Position numbers and translations under genes: made by a program
In this document: positions 8,977-17,910 of the stretch, in pieces
Layout: each line of letters opens with the position of its first letter
Numbering within the stretch: the first letter of the stretch is position 1
Notes under the pieces: generated by a model
Database searches by the model: none
Seen by the model: only the letters and a program-made list of their open reading frames with translations
Told to the model about the DNA's origin: nothing
DNA from: Pseudonocardiaceae bacterium
Lineage (GTDB): Bacteria > Actinomycetota > Actinomycetes > Mycobacteriales > Pseudonocardiaceae
NCBI GenBank assembly: GCA_036389855.1
Contig: DASVWA010000104.1
Coordinates: 1 to 54,971, forward strand
Length of the DNA stretch: 54,971 bases
Direction of reading: 5' to 3'

Positions 8977-9988
8977 CGCAACGCCCTCGTCGAACGGCGA
9001 TGACCTCCCCGACCACGGACACCGCAGTCTCTGCCGGCGTGGCCGCGCCCAGGTCCAGACCGACCGGCCCGTGCAGCCGGGCCAATTCCTCCTCGGTGAT
9101 ACCGGCGGCCTGCAGCCGGGTACGCCGTGCGAGCTGGGTGTGCCGCGACCCCAGCGCGCCGCAGAACCCGCGCCCTGACCGCATCAGCTCCACCAGTACC
9201 GCGTCGAAGGCCGGGCCGTGGTCGAGCAGGACCAGCACGTCGGCGTCGGTGAAGTCCTTGGCAGCGGCGACTGCGGGCGCCAGCTCGGTCTCGGTACGCA
9301 CTGCCCAGCCCAACAGCTCGCACTGCGCCGCCAAGGCCGTCCCGATCGCCCCGCGGCCCACGATCAGCATGGTGGTCACCGGCACCCATACGTCGATCAG
9401 TACGGGGATGCCAGCCACGTCGCCTTGCTCAGTGACCGTCGCGCCGATTCGGGCCAGCTCACGCAGCCTGGTCAGCACAATCTCGTCCGCGTCGGCGCTG
9501 CCCAGCGAGCCGATCACCTCGGTCAGCCTCGGCCCGACAGCCACCAGCACGGCCGACCCATCCACCGTGGAAGCCAGCGCAGACGGAACGCCATCGGCGA
9601 GCGCGGCCCCCAGCGCGGCGGCGGCCTGCGCAGGTAGCGGGTGGCCCAGCAGCTGGGCGCCCCCTGAGCACGCGAGACCGGCGTCCACCGCGTCGGACTC
9701 GGTGACGTGGCCCTTGGCGGTGCCAGGCGTGGCCACTGCGGAGGTCAGCAATGGCAGCGCCACCGTGTCCATGGTGCCCTCGAACACCGCACCAGCCCGG
9801 TCACCGTCGGCGGTGCCGGCCAGCAGTTGACCAGTGGCGACAGTGCCGAAGCCATGTCGCTGCAGCACCCGCACCACTCCGGAAGGGCGTCCCTGCTGGG
9901 CCCACCGGCGCAGGGCGTCACCGACTTGCCGGCGGTGACGCGTTTCCTCGGTGCTATCCCTAGGACTCACCGTTGTCATGCCAACCAT
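8936..9988 (-). CDS. XdhC/CoxI family accessory protein (Rossmann-like C-terminal domain)
   Basis: MLIVGRGAIGTALAAQCELLGW...VLVLLDHGPAFD...FCGALGSRHTQLARRTRL...LHGPVGLDLGAATPAETAVSVVGEVIA. Confidence 0.85.
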   Translation of the reverse strand: MVGMTTVSPRDSTEETRHRRQVGDALRRWAQQGRPSGVVRVLQRHGFGTVATGQLLAGTADGDRAGAVFEGTMDTVALPLLTSAVATPGTAKGHVTESDAVDAGLACSGGAQLLGHPLPAQAAAALGAALADGVPSALASTVDGSAVLVAVGPRLTEVIGSLGSADADEIVLTRLRELARIGATVTEQGDVAGIPVLIDVWVPVTTMLIVGRGAIGTALAAQCELLGWAVRTETELAPAVAAAKDFTDADVLVLLDHGPAFDAVLVELMRSGRGFCGALGSRHTQLARRTRLQAAGITEEELARLHGPVGLDLGAATPAETAVSVVGEVIAVRRGRCGGPLATATGRIGG

Positions 9989-10009
9989 GCTCCCAGACCG
10001 GACGGCGAT

Positions 10010-11398
10010 TCAGCAGCCGCCCAGTCGAGCCGCCAAGTAGGCCTCGACCTGGTCCATCGCGACCCGATCCTGGGCCATGGTGTCCCGCTCGCGCACCGTC
10101 ACCGCGTGGTCGGTGAGCGAGTCGAAATCCACTGTCACGCAGAACGGGGTACCAATCTCATCTTGCCGGCGGTACCGGCGGCCGATGGCGCCTGCGTCGT
10201 CGAAGTCGACATTCCAATTCTTCCGCAGCGCGGTGGCAAGGTCACGGGCCTTGGGCGTGAGGTCGGCGTTGCGCGACAGCGGCAGCACCGCGGCTTTCAC
10301 CGGCGCCAGCCGGCGATCCAGCCGTAGCACGACCCGGCGGTCCACCCCGCCCTTGGCGTTGGGTGCCTCGTCCTCGGCGTAGGCCTCCAGCAGGAAAGCC
10401 ATCATCGGACGACCGACGCCGGCGGCGGGCTCGATCACATAGGGCCGGTAGCGGGAGTCTGTGGCCTGGTCGTAGTAGGACAGGTCCACCCCGGAGTGAT
10501 TGGAATGGGTGGTGAGATCGAAATCGGTGCGGTTGGCGATGCCCTCCAGCTCTCCCCATTCCTGCCCGGAGGAGAAGCCGAACCGGTACTCGACATCCAC
10601 GGTGCGCTTGGAGTAGTGCGAGAGTTTTTCCTTCGGATGCTCGTAGTGCCGCAGGTTGTCCCGATTGATACCCAGATCCACATACCAGTCGGTGCGGGTA
10701 TCGATCCAGTACTGATGCCACTGCTCGTCGGTGCCCGGCTCGACGAAGAACTCCATCTCCATCTGCTCGAACTCGCGGGTGCGGAAGATGAAGTTGCCCG
10801 GGGTGATCTCGTTGCGGAAGCTCTTACCGATCTGACCGATACCAAACGGTGGCTTCTTGCGAGCCGACATCATCACATTTTGAAAATTGATGAAAATGCC
10901 CTGCGCGGTCTCCGGGCGTAGGTAGTGCAGCCCCTCCTCGGTTTCCACCGCACCAAGATGAGTCTTCAGCATCATGTTGAACTCGCGCGGCTCGGTGTAC
11001 TCACCGCGGGTGCCGCAATTGGGGCAGGGGATGTCTGACAGGTCGCCTTCCAGCACGTCCTTGCCGGTGCGTTCGGCGTAGTCCTCGGCGAGCTGATCGG
11101 CCCGGAATCGTTTATGACAGCTCTGGCACTCGACCAGGGGGTCGTGAAAAGCCTGAACGTGCCCGGAGGCGACCCACACCTGGCGGGGCAGGATCACTGA
11201 CGAGTCGAGACCGACGACGTCTTCTCGACCGGTGACCATCGCACGCCACCACTGGCGCTTGACGTTCTCCTTGAGTTCCACACCCAGCGGGCCGTAATCC
11301 CACGCCGAGCGGGTACCGCCGTAGATCTCCCCGCTCGGGAACACGAAGCCCCGGCGCTTGCACAGGCTGACGACGGTCTCGATGCGATCCGCGGACAC
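10010..11398 (-). CDS. glyQS: Glycine--tRNA ligase (dimeric class II type)
   Basis: [51 protein letters not shown]..., 462 aa in total. Confidence 0.97.
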   Translation of the reverse strand: MSADRIETVVSLCKRRGFVFPSGEIYGGTRSAWDYGPLGVELKENVKRQWWRAMVTGREDVVGLDSSVILPRQVWVASGHVQAFHDPLVECQSCHKRFRADQLAEDYAERTGKDVLEGDLSDIPCPNCGTRGEYTEPREFNMMLKTHLGAVETEEGLHYLRPETAQGIFINFQNVMMSARKKPPFGIGQIGKSFRNEITPGNFIFRTREFEQMEMEFFVEPGTDEQWHQYWIDTRTDWYVDLGINRDNLRHYEHPKEKLSHYSKRTVDVEYRFGFSSGQEWGELEGIANRTDFDLTTHSNHSGVDLSYYDQATDSRYRPYVIEPAAGVGRPMMAFLLEAYAEDEAPNAKGGVDRRVVLRLDRRLAPVKAAVLPLSRNADLTPKARDLATALRKNWNVDFDDAGAIGRRYRRQDEIGTPFCVTVDFDSLTDHAVTVRERDTMAQDRVAMDQVEAYLAARLGGC

Positions 11399-11445
11399 TG
11401 GGGAACTCCTGGTGAGGTAGTCAGTATGAGGAGATCACTGCAACC

Positions 11446-11808
11446 CTAGCGAGCGCTGGACCCGAACCCGCGCTCGGCGTCACACGCGAGCAGGCTCTCG
11501 TGGTCGGTCACCGCACCACCCTGGCCGACGGCCAACACCTCGTAGCTGCCGGGCTCGCCGGTCAATGCCTCCGACAGCAGCGGCACCACGTGCTCGCGAA
11601 CGTCAAACGGCGACAGCGCGCGCCGGTAAGCAACCACCGACTCGAACTGCACGGCCAGCACCCACCGCGTGGCGTCGTCCGGAGAGCGACCCAGCTGACC
11701 GCCCAGGCAGCCCCGCTGCGCGGTCAGCAAGCTCAGCGCCCGGCGCGCCCGAGCCAGGAAACCCTGCGCACTGGCAGCGTCGATGATGAAGCGGCAGATC
11801 AGGATCAC
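11446..11808 (-). CDS. Antibiotic-biosynthesis-monooxygenase (ABM/Dabb-fold) like small protein
   Basis: VILICRFIIDAASAQGFLARARRALSLLTAQRGCLGGQLGRSPDDATRWVLAVQFESVVAYRRAL. A GTG at 11808 is preceded by TGAGGA. The maximal ORF extends to 11877. Confidence 0.6.
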   Translation of the reverse strand: MILICRFIIDAASAQGFLARARRALSLLTAQRGCLGGQLGRSPDDATRWVLAVQFESVVAYRRALSPFDVREHVVPLLSEALTGEPGSYEVLAVGQGGAVTDHESLLACDAERGFGSSAR

Positions 11809-11877
11809 GGGAATCCTCAGGCAGCGGTGGCAGGATGACGGTAGCCGCAAACAAACACATGACGCTGCAATGGTCAA

Positions 11878-12300
11878 ATGTCAGGGGCGCATACGATGGA
11901 GCCTCGATCGAGGGAAGAGGAGGGCATGCTCAGCGTGACCGCAGAGGCGATATCGGACCCGACGGTCGTCGATGAACATTCGCCCGGCCGGCCACCCCCT
12001 GGTCCGGCGGCGACCCGTCCGCGGGAGACCCTGGTGGCGGCCGGTGAGCTGCTCCGGGCACTTGCGGCACCGGTGCGGATCGCCATCGTGCTGCAACTTC
12101 GGGACAGCGAGCGCTGCGTACACGAGCTGGTCGACGCGTTAGGCGTCACCCAGCCGTTGATCAGCCAGCATCTGCGGGTGCTCAAGTCCGCCGGGGTGGT
12201 GGGCGGTGAGCGGCACGGTCGGGAGGTGGTGTACCGATTGGTCGACGAGCACCTGTCGCACATCGTGGTGGACGCCGTGGCCCACGTGGAGGAGGAGTGA
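11878..12300 (+). CDS. ArsR/SmtB family metal-responsive transcriptional repressor
   Basis: wHTH LRALAAPVRIAIVLQLRDSERCVHELVDALGVTQPLISQHLRVLKSAGVV. The start is uncertain, with ATG candidates at 11878, 11896 and 11926. Confidence 0.85.
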   Translation: MSGAHTMEPRSREEEGMLSVTAEAISDPTVVDEHSPGRPPPGPAATRPRETLVAAGELLRALAAPVRIAIVLQLRDSERCVHELVDALGVTQPLISQHLRVLKSAGVVGGERHGREVVYRLVDEHLSHIVVDAVAHVEEE

Positions 12301-12710
12301 GCACGCCTCGGCCGGCCTCGCCGGTGTCCAGGCTGCGCTCCACCCGGCAGCGCACGGCGGTGGCCCGGCTGCTCGACGATACCGACGACTTCCGATCCGC
12401 CCAGGAGATCCACGAAAAGCTGCGACGCAGCGGCGAGGGCATCGGCTTGACCACCGTGTACCGCACGCTGCAGACGCTTGCCGACGCCGGCGAGATCGAT
12501 GTGCTGCGCACGGCCACCGGCGAGGCCGTCTACCGGCGTTGCTCGGCGCACCACCATCATCATCTGGTGTGCCGGGACTGTGGCCGCACCGTGGAAGTTG
12601 AGGAGCCCACAGTGGAGCTGTGGGCCGAGAAGATCGCCGATGAGCATGGCTTCATCAACGTCGGCCATACCGTAGAGATCTCCGGCACCTGCCCCGACTG
12701 CGCCCAGTGA
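12297..12710 (+). CDS. zur: Fur-family zinc uptake regulator
   Basis: TRQRTAVARLL...LTTVYRTLQTLADAGEI...SAHHHHHLVCRDCGRTVEV...TCPDC. It overlaps the arsR stop by GTGA. The glyS-arsR-zur arrangement matches mycobacterial synteny. Confidence 0.9.
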   Translation: MSTPRPASPVSRLRSTRQRTAVARLLDDTDDFRSAQEIHEKLRRSGEGIGLTTVYRTLQTLADAGEIDVLRTATGEAVYRRCSAHHHHHLVCRDCGRTVEVEEPTVELWAEKIADEHGFINVGHTVEISGTCPDCAQ

Positions 12711-12727
12711 ACTGCATTGGGGGCGGG

Positions 12728-13447
12728 TTAGAACTCGTAGGGTTCGACGGGCGCGGGGACTGGGTGTAGGTCTGAGACGGTGAAGGTGGGGGTAAAGCCA
12801 CTGCCGGATCTCGCCGATCCGGGCACCAGCTGGCCGCGTACCTCGAACCAGGTGTCCTGCGGCAGGGCCACCAGCCCGGTGCGGCCTTCGAGGCGGACCT
12901 TCACCGGTGTCGCATCGGCCGCGCAGCAGGCCATCACCAGCCGGGCGAGGTAGGTGACGCCATGGTCGCCGTGCACCACGAAGCCGAGCAGCCGGACCTG
13001 TCGACCGTTGAGGCTGCCCGCGTCGTCCCACACCGCCCGGGTGACGAAATCGCTCATCCGCAGCGCGGGAGCCGGCCTGGCGGGCAATGGCTGGAAGTTG
13101 ACGGCGGACCGTCGCGGGGCAACCGCCGCTGACCGGGACACGGCATCGGCTCCAAGCGCCGGTGGAGCGACCAGGAAGATCGCCAGTACGGGTAACAGCA
13201 GCAGCCAGGGGCTGCGTCCGGCATGATCGTCATGGTCGGCGCGGCCCGCAACGGCACGCGCGTCCCGCACGATGGCAATCAGACCCAGCGCGAGGATCAC
13301 CACTCCCGCCGAAACCAGGAACGGCAGTAGCGAGGGTTTGACGTAATGCAGGTAGCTGCCGTTCCAGGCGATCTTCAGCAAGGCACCACCCAGCAATACC
13401 AGCAGGACGTTCTGGGTCTCTTGTCTCACTGTGCCGTCACCGGACAC
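12728..13447 (-). CDS. TIGR03943-like (DUF1980) membrane protein, partner of the adjacent permease
   Basis: Three N-terminal TM helices, the acidic/His loop RADHDDHAGR, and a C-terminal soluble domain with MACCAADATPV. It overlaps the permease stop by 11 nt. Confidence 0.75.
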   Translation of the reverse strand: MSGDGTVRQETQNVLLVLLGGALLKIAWNGSYLHYVKPSLLPFLVSAGVVILALGLIAIVRDARAVAGRADHDDHAGRSPWLLLLPVLAIFLVAPPALGADAVSRSAAVAPRRSAVNFQPLPARPAPALRMSDFVTRAVWDDAGSLNGRQVRLLGFVVHGDHGVTYLARLVMACCAADATPVKVRLEGRTGLVALPQDTWFEVRGQLVPGSARSGSGFTPTFTVSDLHPVPAPVEPYEF

Positions 13448-14462
13448 CTCCGAGCACGAGCACTCCGGTGAGGACCGCGCAGCCGGTCGCCACCACGAAC
13501 GTCACCGGCGCGAAGCGGCTGGCGAATCCGCCGCCGAACGCTCCGGTCTGCAGCGCTACCAGCTTGACGTCCACCGCTGGCCCCACCACAAGGAACACCA
13601 ACCGGGGCAGCAGCGGCAACGCCGACAGCGACGCGGCGACGAACGCGTCAGCCTCGCTGCACAGCGCGAGCACCACCGCAAGCAGCGCCAGCACCAGGAT
13701 GCCGAGCACCATCTGGCCAGCTAGCGAGGCCATCCAGGAGGGAGGAACCAGGACGTTCAGCGCGGCCGCGGTGAGCCCGCCGAGTACCAGGAACCCACCC
13801 GAGGAGACCAGGTCGTGCCGGGCGGTGTCGGTGAACACCGCGAAGGGGCTGCGAGCCGGGTCTCGGTGCGGGCGGCGCAGTGCCCACTGCGCGATCCACT
13901 CCGGGCGCCCGAAGCGCGCCCATAGCCAGCCCATCACCAACGCGGTGGCCATCGAGCCGAGGAATCGGGCCAGCACCATCCGGGGCTCCCCCGGGAAGGC
14001 GACCGCAGTGGACACCAGCACCACCGGATTCACCGCCGGTGCGGCGAGCAGGAACGTCAGCGCCGCGGCGGGCGGCACGCCTTGCTGCATGAGCCGCCGG
14101 GACACCGGTACCGATGCGCACTCGCACCCCGGTAACGCCATCCCAGCCACCCCAGCGACGGGCACCGCGGCTACGGTTGATCGCGGCAGCATCCGGCGTA
14201 GCGCAGCCGGCGGCACGAACGCCGCGATCAGCCCGCTCACCACCACTCCGAGCACCAGGAATGGCATCGCTTGCACGCACACCGCCACGAACACCGTGGC
14301 GCCGGTGCGCACCGCGGCGATGTCGAGCATCCGGATCAGCGGTCCCTGGGCCAGCAGCGCCAGCACCAGAATCGCGCAGAGCACCTCCATCGAAGTGATC
14401 CGGCGCCACGGTGTGGTCGCAGTGCTTGGAGCGGTAGGAGGGGCGGCAGGTGGCGCCGCCAT
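13437..14462 (-). CDS. Predicted permease (DUF318 / UPF0718-like)
   Basis: Polytopic membrane protein with GMALPGCECASVPVSRRL and LCSEADAFVAASL motifs, the Cys/acidic pairs typical of this family. Confidence 0.8.
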   Translation of the reverse strand: MAAPPAAPPTAPSTATTPWRRITSMEVLCAILVLALLAQGPLIRMLDIAAVRTGATVFVAVCVQAMPFLVLGVVVSGLIAAFVPPAALRRMLPRSTVAAVPVAGVAGMALPGCECASVPVSRRLMQQGVPPAAALTFLLAAPAVNPVVLVSTAVAFPGEPRMVLARFLGSMATALVMGWLWARFGRPEWIAQWALRRPHRDPARSPFAVFTDTARHDLVSSGGFLVLGGLTAAALNVLVPPSWMASLAGQMVLGILVLALLAVVLALCSEADAFVAASLSALPLLPRLVFLVVGPAVDVKLVALQTGAFGGGFASRFAPVTFVVATGCAVLTGVLVLGGVR

Positions 14463-14887
14463 CAGCCGGCCAGCAACTCGCTACGCACCTGCGAGGCCGT
14501 GGACACCACCAGCATGAGCAGCGTGCCCAGCGGCACGGTGTCCAGGCCGGCAGCGGGGAAGGTGTACCGCAGCATGACGTCGGCCCCGCGCTCACCGCGG
14601 ACCAATCCCAGGGTGCCGAACAGGCCCTGTCCGGCTCGGGTGGCGACCCGCTCAGCGAGCTGACCGTCGTCGCTGACGTCCCAGGCGACCACGCAGGTCA
14701 GGCTCAGGACGAGCAAACCCTCGGCGAGTTCCACCGCCTGCACCGCGCAGGGCACCTCGGAGTGCTGGAAGCTCAGCGCGCCGTCGTCGTCGACCTTGAC
14801 GTCCTGGTATCTCTCCAGTGCCGTGCGGGCGGCATCGAGCAGCTCTCGGGTGCAGGCAAGGCTCGTCACTGCCTTGTCGGTGCTCAC
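14462..14887 (-). CDS. Hypothetical cytoplasmic protein (YbjN / chaperone-like fold suspected)
   Basis: 141 aa starting from GTG 14887, which is preceded by GAGGAGGA. Its stop overlaps the permease start (TGATG). Same position as the conserved hypothetical gene downstream of uppS in mycobacteria. Confidence 0.5.
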   Translation of the reverse strand: MSTDKAVTSLACTRELLDAARTALERYQDVKVDDDGALSFQHSEVPCAVQAVELAEGLLVLSLTCVVAWDVSDDGQLAERVATRAGQGLFGTLGLVRGERGADVMLRYTFPAAGLDTVPLGTLLMLVVSTASQVRSELLAG

Positions 14888-14900
14888 CGGATCGTCCTCC

Positions 14901-15686
14901 TCAGGTCTGGGTATCGAGCGGCACGGTCGCGGTAGCGGTGCCAAACCGGCGGTTACGGGCGGCGTAGGTTTCGCAGGCCTGCCACAGATGCCTGCGGTCC
15001 AGGTCTGGGAACAGCACATCTTGGAACACCAGTTCCGCGTAGGCAGACTGCCAGATCAGGAAGTTGGAGATGCGCTGTTCGCCGGAGGGCCGAAGGAACA
15101 GGTCGACGTCGGGCATATCCGGCTCGTCGAGGTGGCGGGCCAGCATCTGCTCGTCGACGAGCTCGGGGTCGATCTCACCGCGGGCCACCCGACGGGCCAC
15201 CTCACGTGCCGCGTCGGCGATCTCCGCGCGACCGCCGTAATTGACGCACATGGTCAGCGTCATGACGTCATTGCCGGCGGTCATCTCCTCGGCGACCTCG
15301 AGCTCCCGGATCACGCTGCGCCACAACCGGGGACGGCGGCCCGCCCAGCGCACCCGTACTCCCATCTCGTGCATCTGGTCGCGGCGGCGGCGAATGACGT
15401 CACGGTTGAACCCCATCAGGAAGCGCACCTCCTCGGGACTACGCCGCCAGTTCTCGGTGGAGAACGCATAGGCCGACAGCCAGGTGACACCCAGCTCGAT
15501 GCAGCCGCACACCACGTCCAGCAAGACGGCCTCGCCACGGCGGTGCCCTTCGGTGCGAGACAACCCGCGCTGCTGGGCCCACCGCCCGTTGCCGTCCATC
15601 ACCAGCGCAACGTGCCGGGGTACCCGTTCGGGAGGTAGCAGAGGTGGCCGGGCACCGGAGGGATGCGGATCGGGCGCTCGAACCAC
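14901..15686 (-). CDS. uppS: Isoprenyl (undecaprenyl/decaprenyl) diphosphate synthase, cis-prenyltransferase
   Basis: [29 protein letters not shown]...[16 protein letters not shown]...[23 protein letters not shown]. Confidence 0.95.
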   Translation of the reverse strand: MVRAPDPHPSGARPPLLPPERVPRHVALVMDGNGRWAQQRGLSRTEGHRRGEAVLLDVVCGCIELGVTWLSAYAFSTENWRRSPEEVRFLMGFNRDVIRRRRDQMHEMGVRVRWAGRRPRLWRSVIRELEVAEEMTAGNDVMTLTMCVNYGGRAEIADAAREVARRVARGEIDPELVDEQMLARHLDEPDMPDVDLFLRPSGEQRISNFLIWQSAYAELVFQDVLFPDLDRRHLWQACETYAARNRRFGTATATVPLDTQT

Positions 15687-15705
15687 CGCCCCATCCTGCC
15701 GCCAT

Positions 15706-15771
15706 CCGCATTCAGCAGGCTCAGCGGGGTTATTGACGGCCTTACAACCCCGCTGAGCCCGCTGAATGCGG
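15706..15771. repeat. Long inverted repeat (26-bp arms, 1 mismatch, 14-nt loop) spanning the recO stop codon
   Basis: CCGCATTCAGCAGGCTCAGCGGGGTT-ATTGACGGCCTTAC-AACCCCGCTGAGCCCGCTGAATGCGG. Confidence 0.8.
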
Positions 15772-16512
15772 TGGAGCCGGGATGGTTCGTTCGACCAGGG
15801 GTAACGAGCGGAGTTGGCGTTCCAGGTGCCACTGGAGGTGGGCGGCGATCAGGCCGCTGCCCTCACGGCAGGCCGCGGCCGGCACAGCGTCGGCCACCTG
15901 CCAGTCTCCGCGTACGAGGGCGTCGAGTAACTCCAAGGTCTGCGCCGACGGGGTAGCCGCGCCGGTTGGTCTGCATCCTCGGCAGACCGCACCTCCCGCG
16001 GGCACGCTGAACGCCCGGTGCGGGCCCGGTGCCCCGCAGCGGGCACATTCGGTCAGCGCGGGAGCCCAACCAGCAGTAGTCATCGCGCGCAACAGGAAAG
16101 CGTCGAGCACCAGTGGGGGTTGCCGCTGCCCGTCGGTCAGCGCCCGCAGCGCCCCCACGACCAGCAGGTACAGCCGCAGTACCGGCTCACCCTCGGCGCC
16201 GGCCAGTCGTTCGGCGGTCTCCAGTACTGCGCATCCAGTGGTGTAGCGGCCGTAGTCGCCGACCAGCCGGGAACCGAAACCATCGACCGTCTCTACCTGG
16301 GTGACGATGTCCAGCGTGCGCCCGCGGTAGAACTGCACATCGACGTGGCCGAACGGCTCCAGCCGTGCGCCGAACTTCGATGAGGTTCGCCGCACACCCT
16401 TGGCCACCGCGCGCACCCGCCCGTGCCGGCGGGTCAGCAGCGTGACGATGCGGTCGGCCTCGCCCAGCTTCTGCACTCGCAGCACCACCCCGGTGTCGCG
16501 GTACAGCTTCAC
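15742..16512 (-). CDS. recO: DNA repair protein RecO
   Basis: [54 protein letters not shown]... with the zinc motif CARCG...CRGC. Confidence 0.93.
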   Translation of the reverse strand: MKLYRDTGVVLRVQKLGEADRIVTLLTRRHGRVRAVAKGVRRTSSKFGARLEPFGHVDVQFYRGRTLDIVTQVETVDGFGSRLVGDYGRYTTGCAVLETAERLAGAEGEPVLRLYLLVVGALRALTDGQRQPPLVLDAFLLRAMTTAGWAPALTECARCGAPGPHRAFSVPAGGAVCRGCRPTGAATPSAQTLELLDALVRGDWQVADAVPAAACREGSGLIAAHLQWHLERQLRSLPLVERTIPAPPHSAGSAGL

Positions 16513-16597
16513 CCGCTCATCGTCGCACTACCGAGCCGCCGCGGGACGCGGCGCGCGGACAGCGACAAGCATCCATATCGCGAAGGAGGGCGGGGAT

Positions 16598-17554
16598 TTA
16601 GAAACCGAGCCGACGTAGCTGCTTGGGGTCGCGCTGCCAGTCCTTGGCGACCTTCACTCGCAAATCCAGGTACACCGAGATGCCCAGCAAAGCCTCGATC
16701 TGCCGGCGAGCACGGCTGCCGACCTCCTTGAGCCGCTGGCCACCCCGCCCGATCACGATCGCTTTCTGGCTGTCCCGCTCGACGTAGAGGTTCACGTAGA
16801 CATCGACCAGGTCCGCGCGCCCCTCCCGTGGGCTCATCTCCTCCACCATGACGGCCAGCGAGTGCGGCAGCTCGTCACGCACCCCTTCCAGGGCCGCCTC
16901 CCGCACCAGCTCTGCCACCAAGGTCTGCTCCGGCTCGTCGGTGAGCTCCCCACCCGGGTACAGCGGCGGGGACTCCGGCATCCGGGCCAGCAGCAGGTCG
17001 GCGAGCAACCCCACCTGGAAACCGTCGATCGCGGACACCGGCACCAGCTCGGCGAACTCGTCGAAGCCGGCCGACCGGGCCAGGTCGGCCAGCCCCGCGA
17101 GCTGCTCAGCGACCCGCTGCGGACTGACCAGATCGGTCTTGGTGACGATGCCGAACACCGGGGTGCGCCGGGCCAACACAGCCAGCTCACCGGCGATGAA
17201 CCGGTCCCCAGGCCCGATCGCGGCGTCGGCGGGCACACAGAACCCGATCACGTCCACCTCCGACCACGTCGCGCGCACCAGGCTGTTGAGCCGTTGACCG
17301 AGCAGGGTGCGTGGTCGGTGCAGGCCGGGCGTGTCCACCAAAATGAGCTGCCCATCGGGCTGGTGCACGATTCCCCGGATGGTGTGGCGGGTGGTCTGCG
17401 GCCGGCTGGAGATGATCGCCACCTTGTGGCCCACCAACGAGTTCGTCAACGTTGATTTGCCGACGTTGGGTCGGCCGACCAGGCAGGCGAAACCGGCCCG
17501 GAACGGTGTCCGGGCAGCCGTTCCTGCAGTGTCCCCAGTCATATTCTGCGCCAT
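16598..17554 (-). CDS. era: GTPase Era
   Basis: FRAGFACLVGRPNVGKSTLTNSLVG, DTPG, TKTD and a C-terminal KH domain. The ATG at 17554 gives 318 aa. The maximal ORF to 17782 is an artefact. Confidence 0.95.
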   Translation of the reverse strand: MAQNMTGDTAGTAARTPFRAGFACLVGRPNVGKSTLTNSLVGHKVAIISSRPQTTRHTIRGIVHQPDGQLILVDTPGLHRPRTLLGQRLNSLVRATWSEVDVIGFCVPADAAIGPGDRFIAGELAVLARRTPVFGIVTKTDLVSPQRVAEQLAGLADLARSAGFDEFAELVPVSAIDGFQVGLLADLLLARMPESPPLYPGGELTDEPEQTLVAELVREAALEGVRDELPHSLAVMVEEMSPREGRADLVDVYVNLYVERDSQKAIVIGRGGQRLKEVGSRARRQIEALLGISVYLDLRVKVAKDWQRDPKQLRRLGF

Positions 17555-17556
17555 CT

Positions 17557-17910
17557 CTAACCCACCGCGCGCAGCACGTTGGTGAGCGCGCCGCGCTGGT
17601 CGGCCAGCAGCACCGCGGCCTGCGGGCCGAGCTCGCGGACCGCGGCCAGCGAGGCCGGATCTACCGATCCCGATCCGGACACCACCGCGGCCGCCTCCAG
17701 GCCGGTCGCGCCGCTGGAAACGGCTGCGGCGACCGCCACCTGCAGCGCGGTGAGCGCCAGCGAGGGCAGCGAGACGGTGCACCCGGTGTAGGTCCGGCCT
17801 TCGGTGTCGCGCACCGCCGCACCCTCGTCGGCCCCGGTGCGGGCCAGCGCCGAGCGCGCCAGCGTCACGATCTTGGCGTCCTCGGGGTCGAGGCCATCGG
17901 TGTCAGGCAC
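17557..17910 (-). CDS. Small conserved protein with cytidine-deaminase-like fold (no catalytic motif seen)
   Basis: [46 protein letters not shown].... The GTG at 17910 overlaps the upstream stop. Conserved position between the CBS-hemolysin gene and era. Confidence 0.6.
   Translation of the reverse strand: MPDTDGLDPEDAKIVTLARSALARTGADEGAAVRDTEGRTYTGCTVSLPSLALTALQVAVAAAVSSGATGLEAAAVVSGSGSVDPASLAAVRELGPQAAVLLADQRGALTNVLRAVG

Noticed and set aside
10868-10895. Zur-box-like AT-rich sequence ATTTTGAAAATTGATGAAAATG
   Set aside because: It lies inside glyQS, where it encodes the conserved FINFQNVMM peptide. There is no promoter context, and the resemblance to TGAAAATGATTTTCA is only partial.
11835-11875. 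TGAC-N9-GTCA imperfect dyad between the ABM gene and arsR, considered as an ArsR/SmtB operator
   Set aside because: Only 4-bp half-sites match, and the flanking symmetry is poor compared with the 12-2-12 type operators. It cannot be distinguished from chance by eye.
11874-13031. 385-aa minus-strand ORF covering arsR and zur
   Set aside because: It is antisense to two genes with clear wHTH and Fur-family motifs. The composition is typical of non-coding frames.
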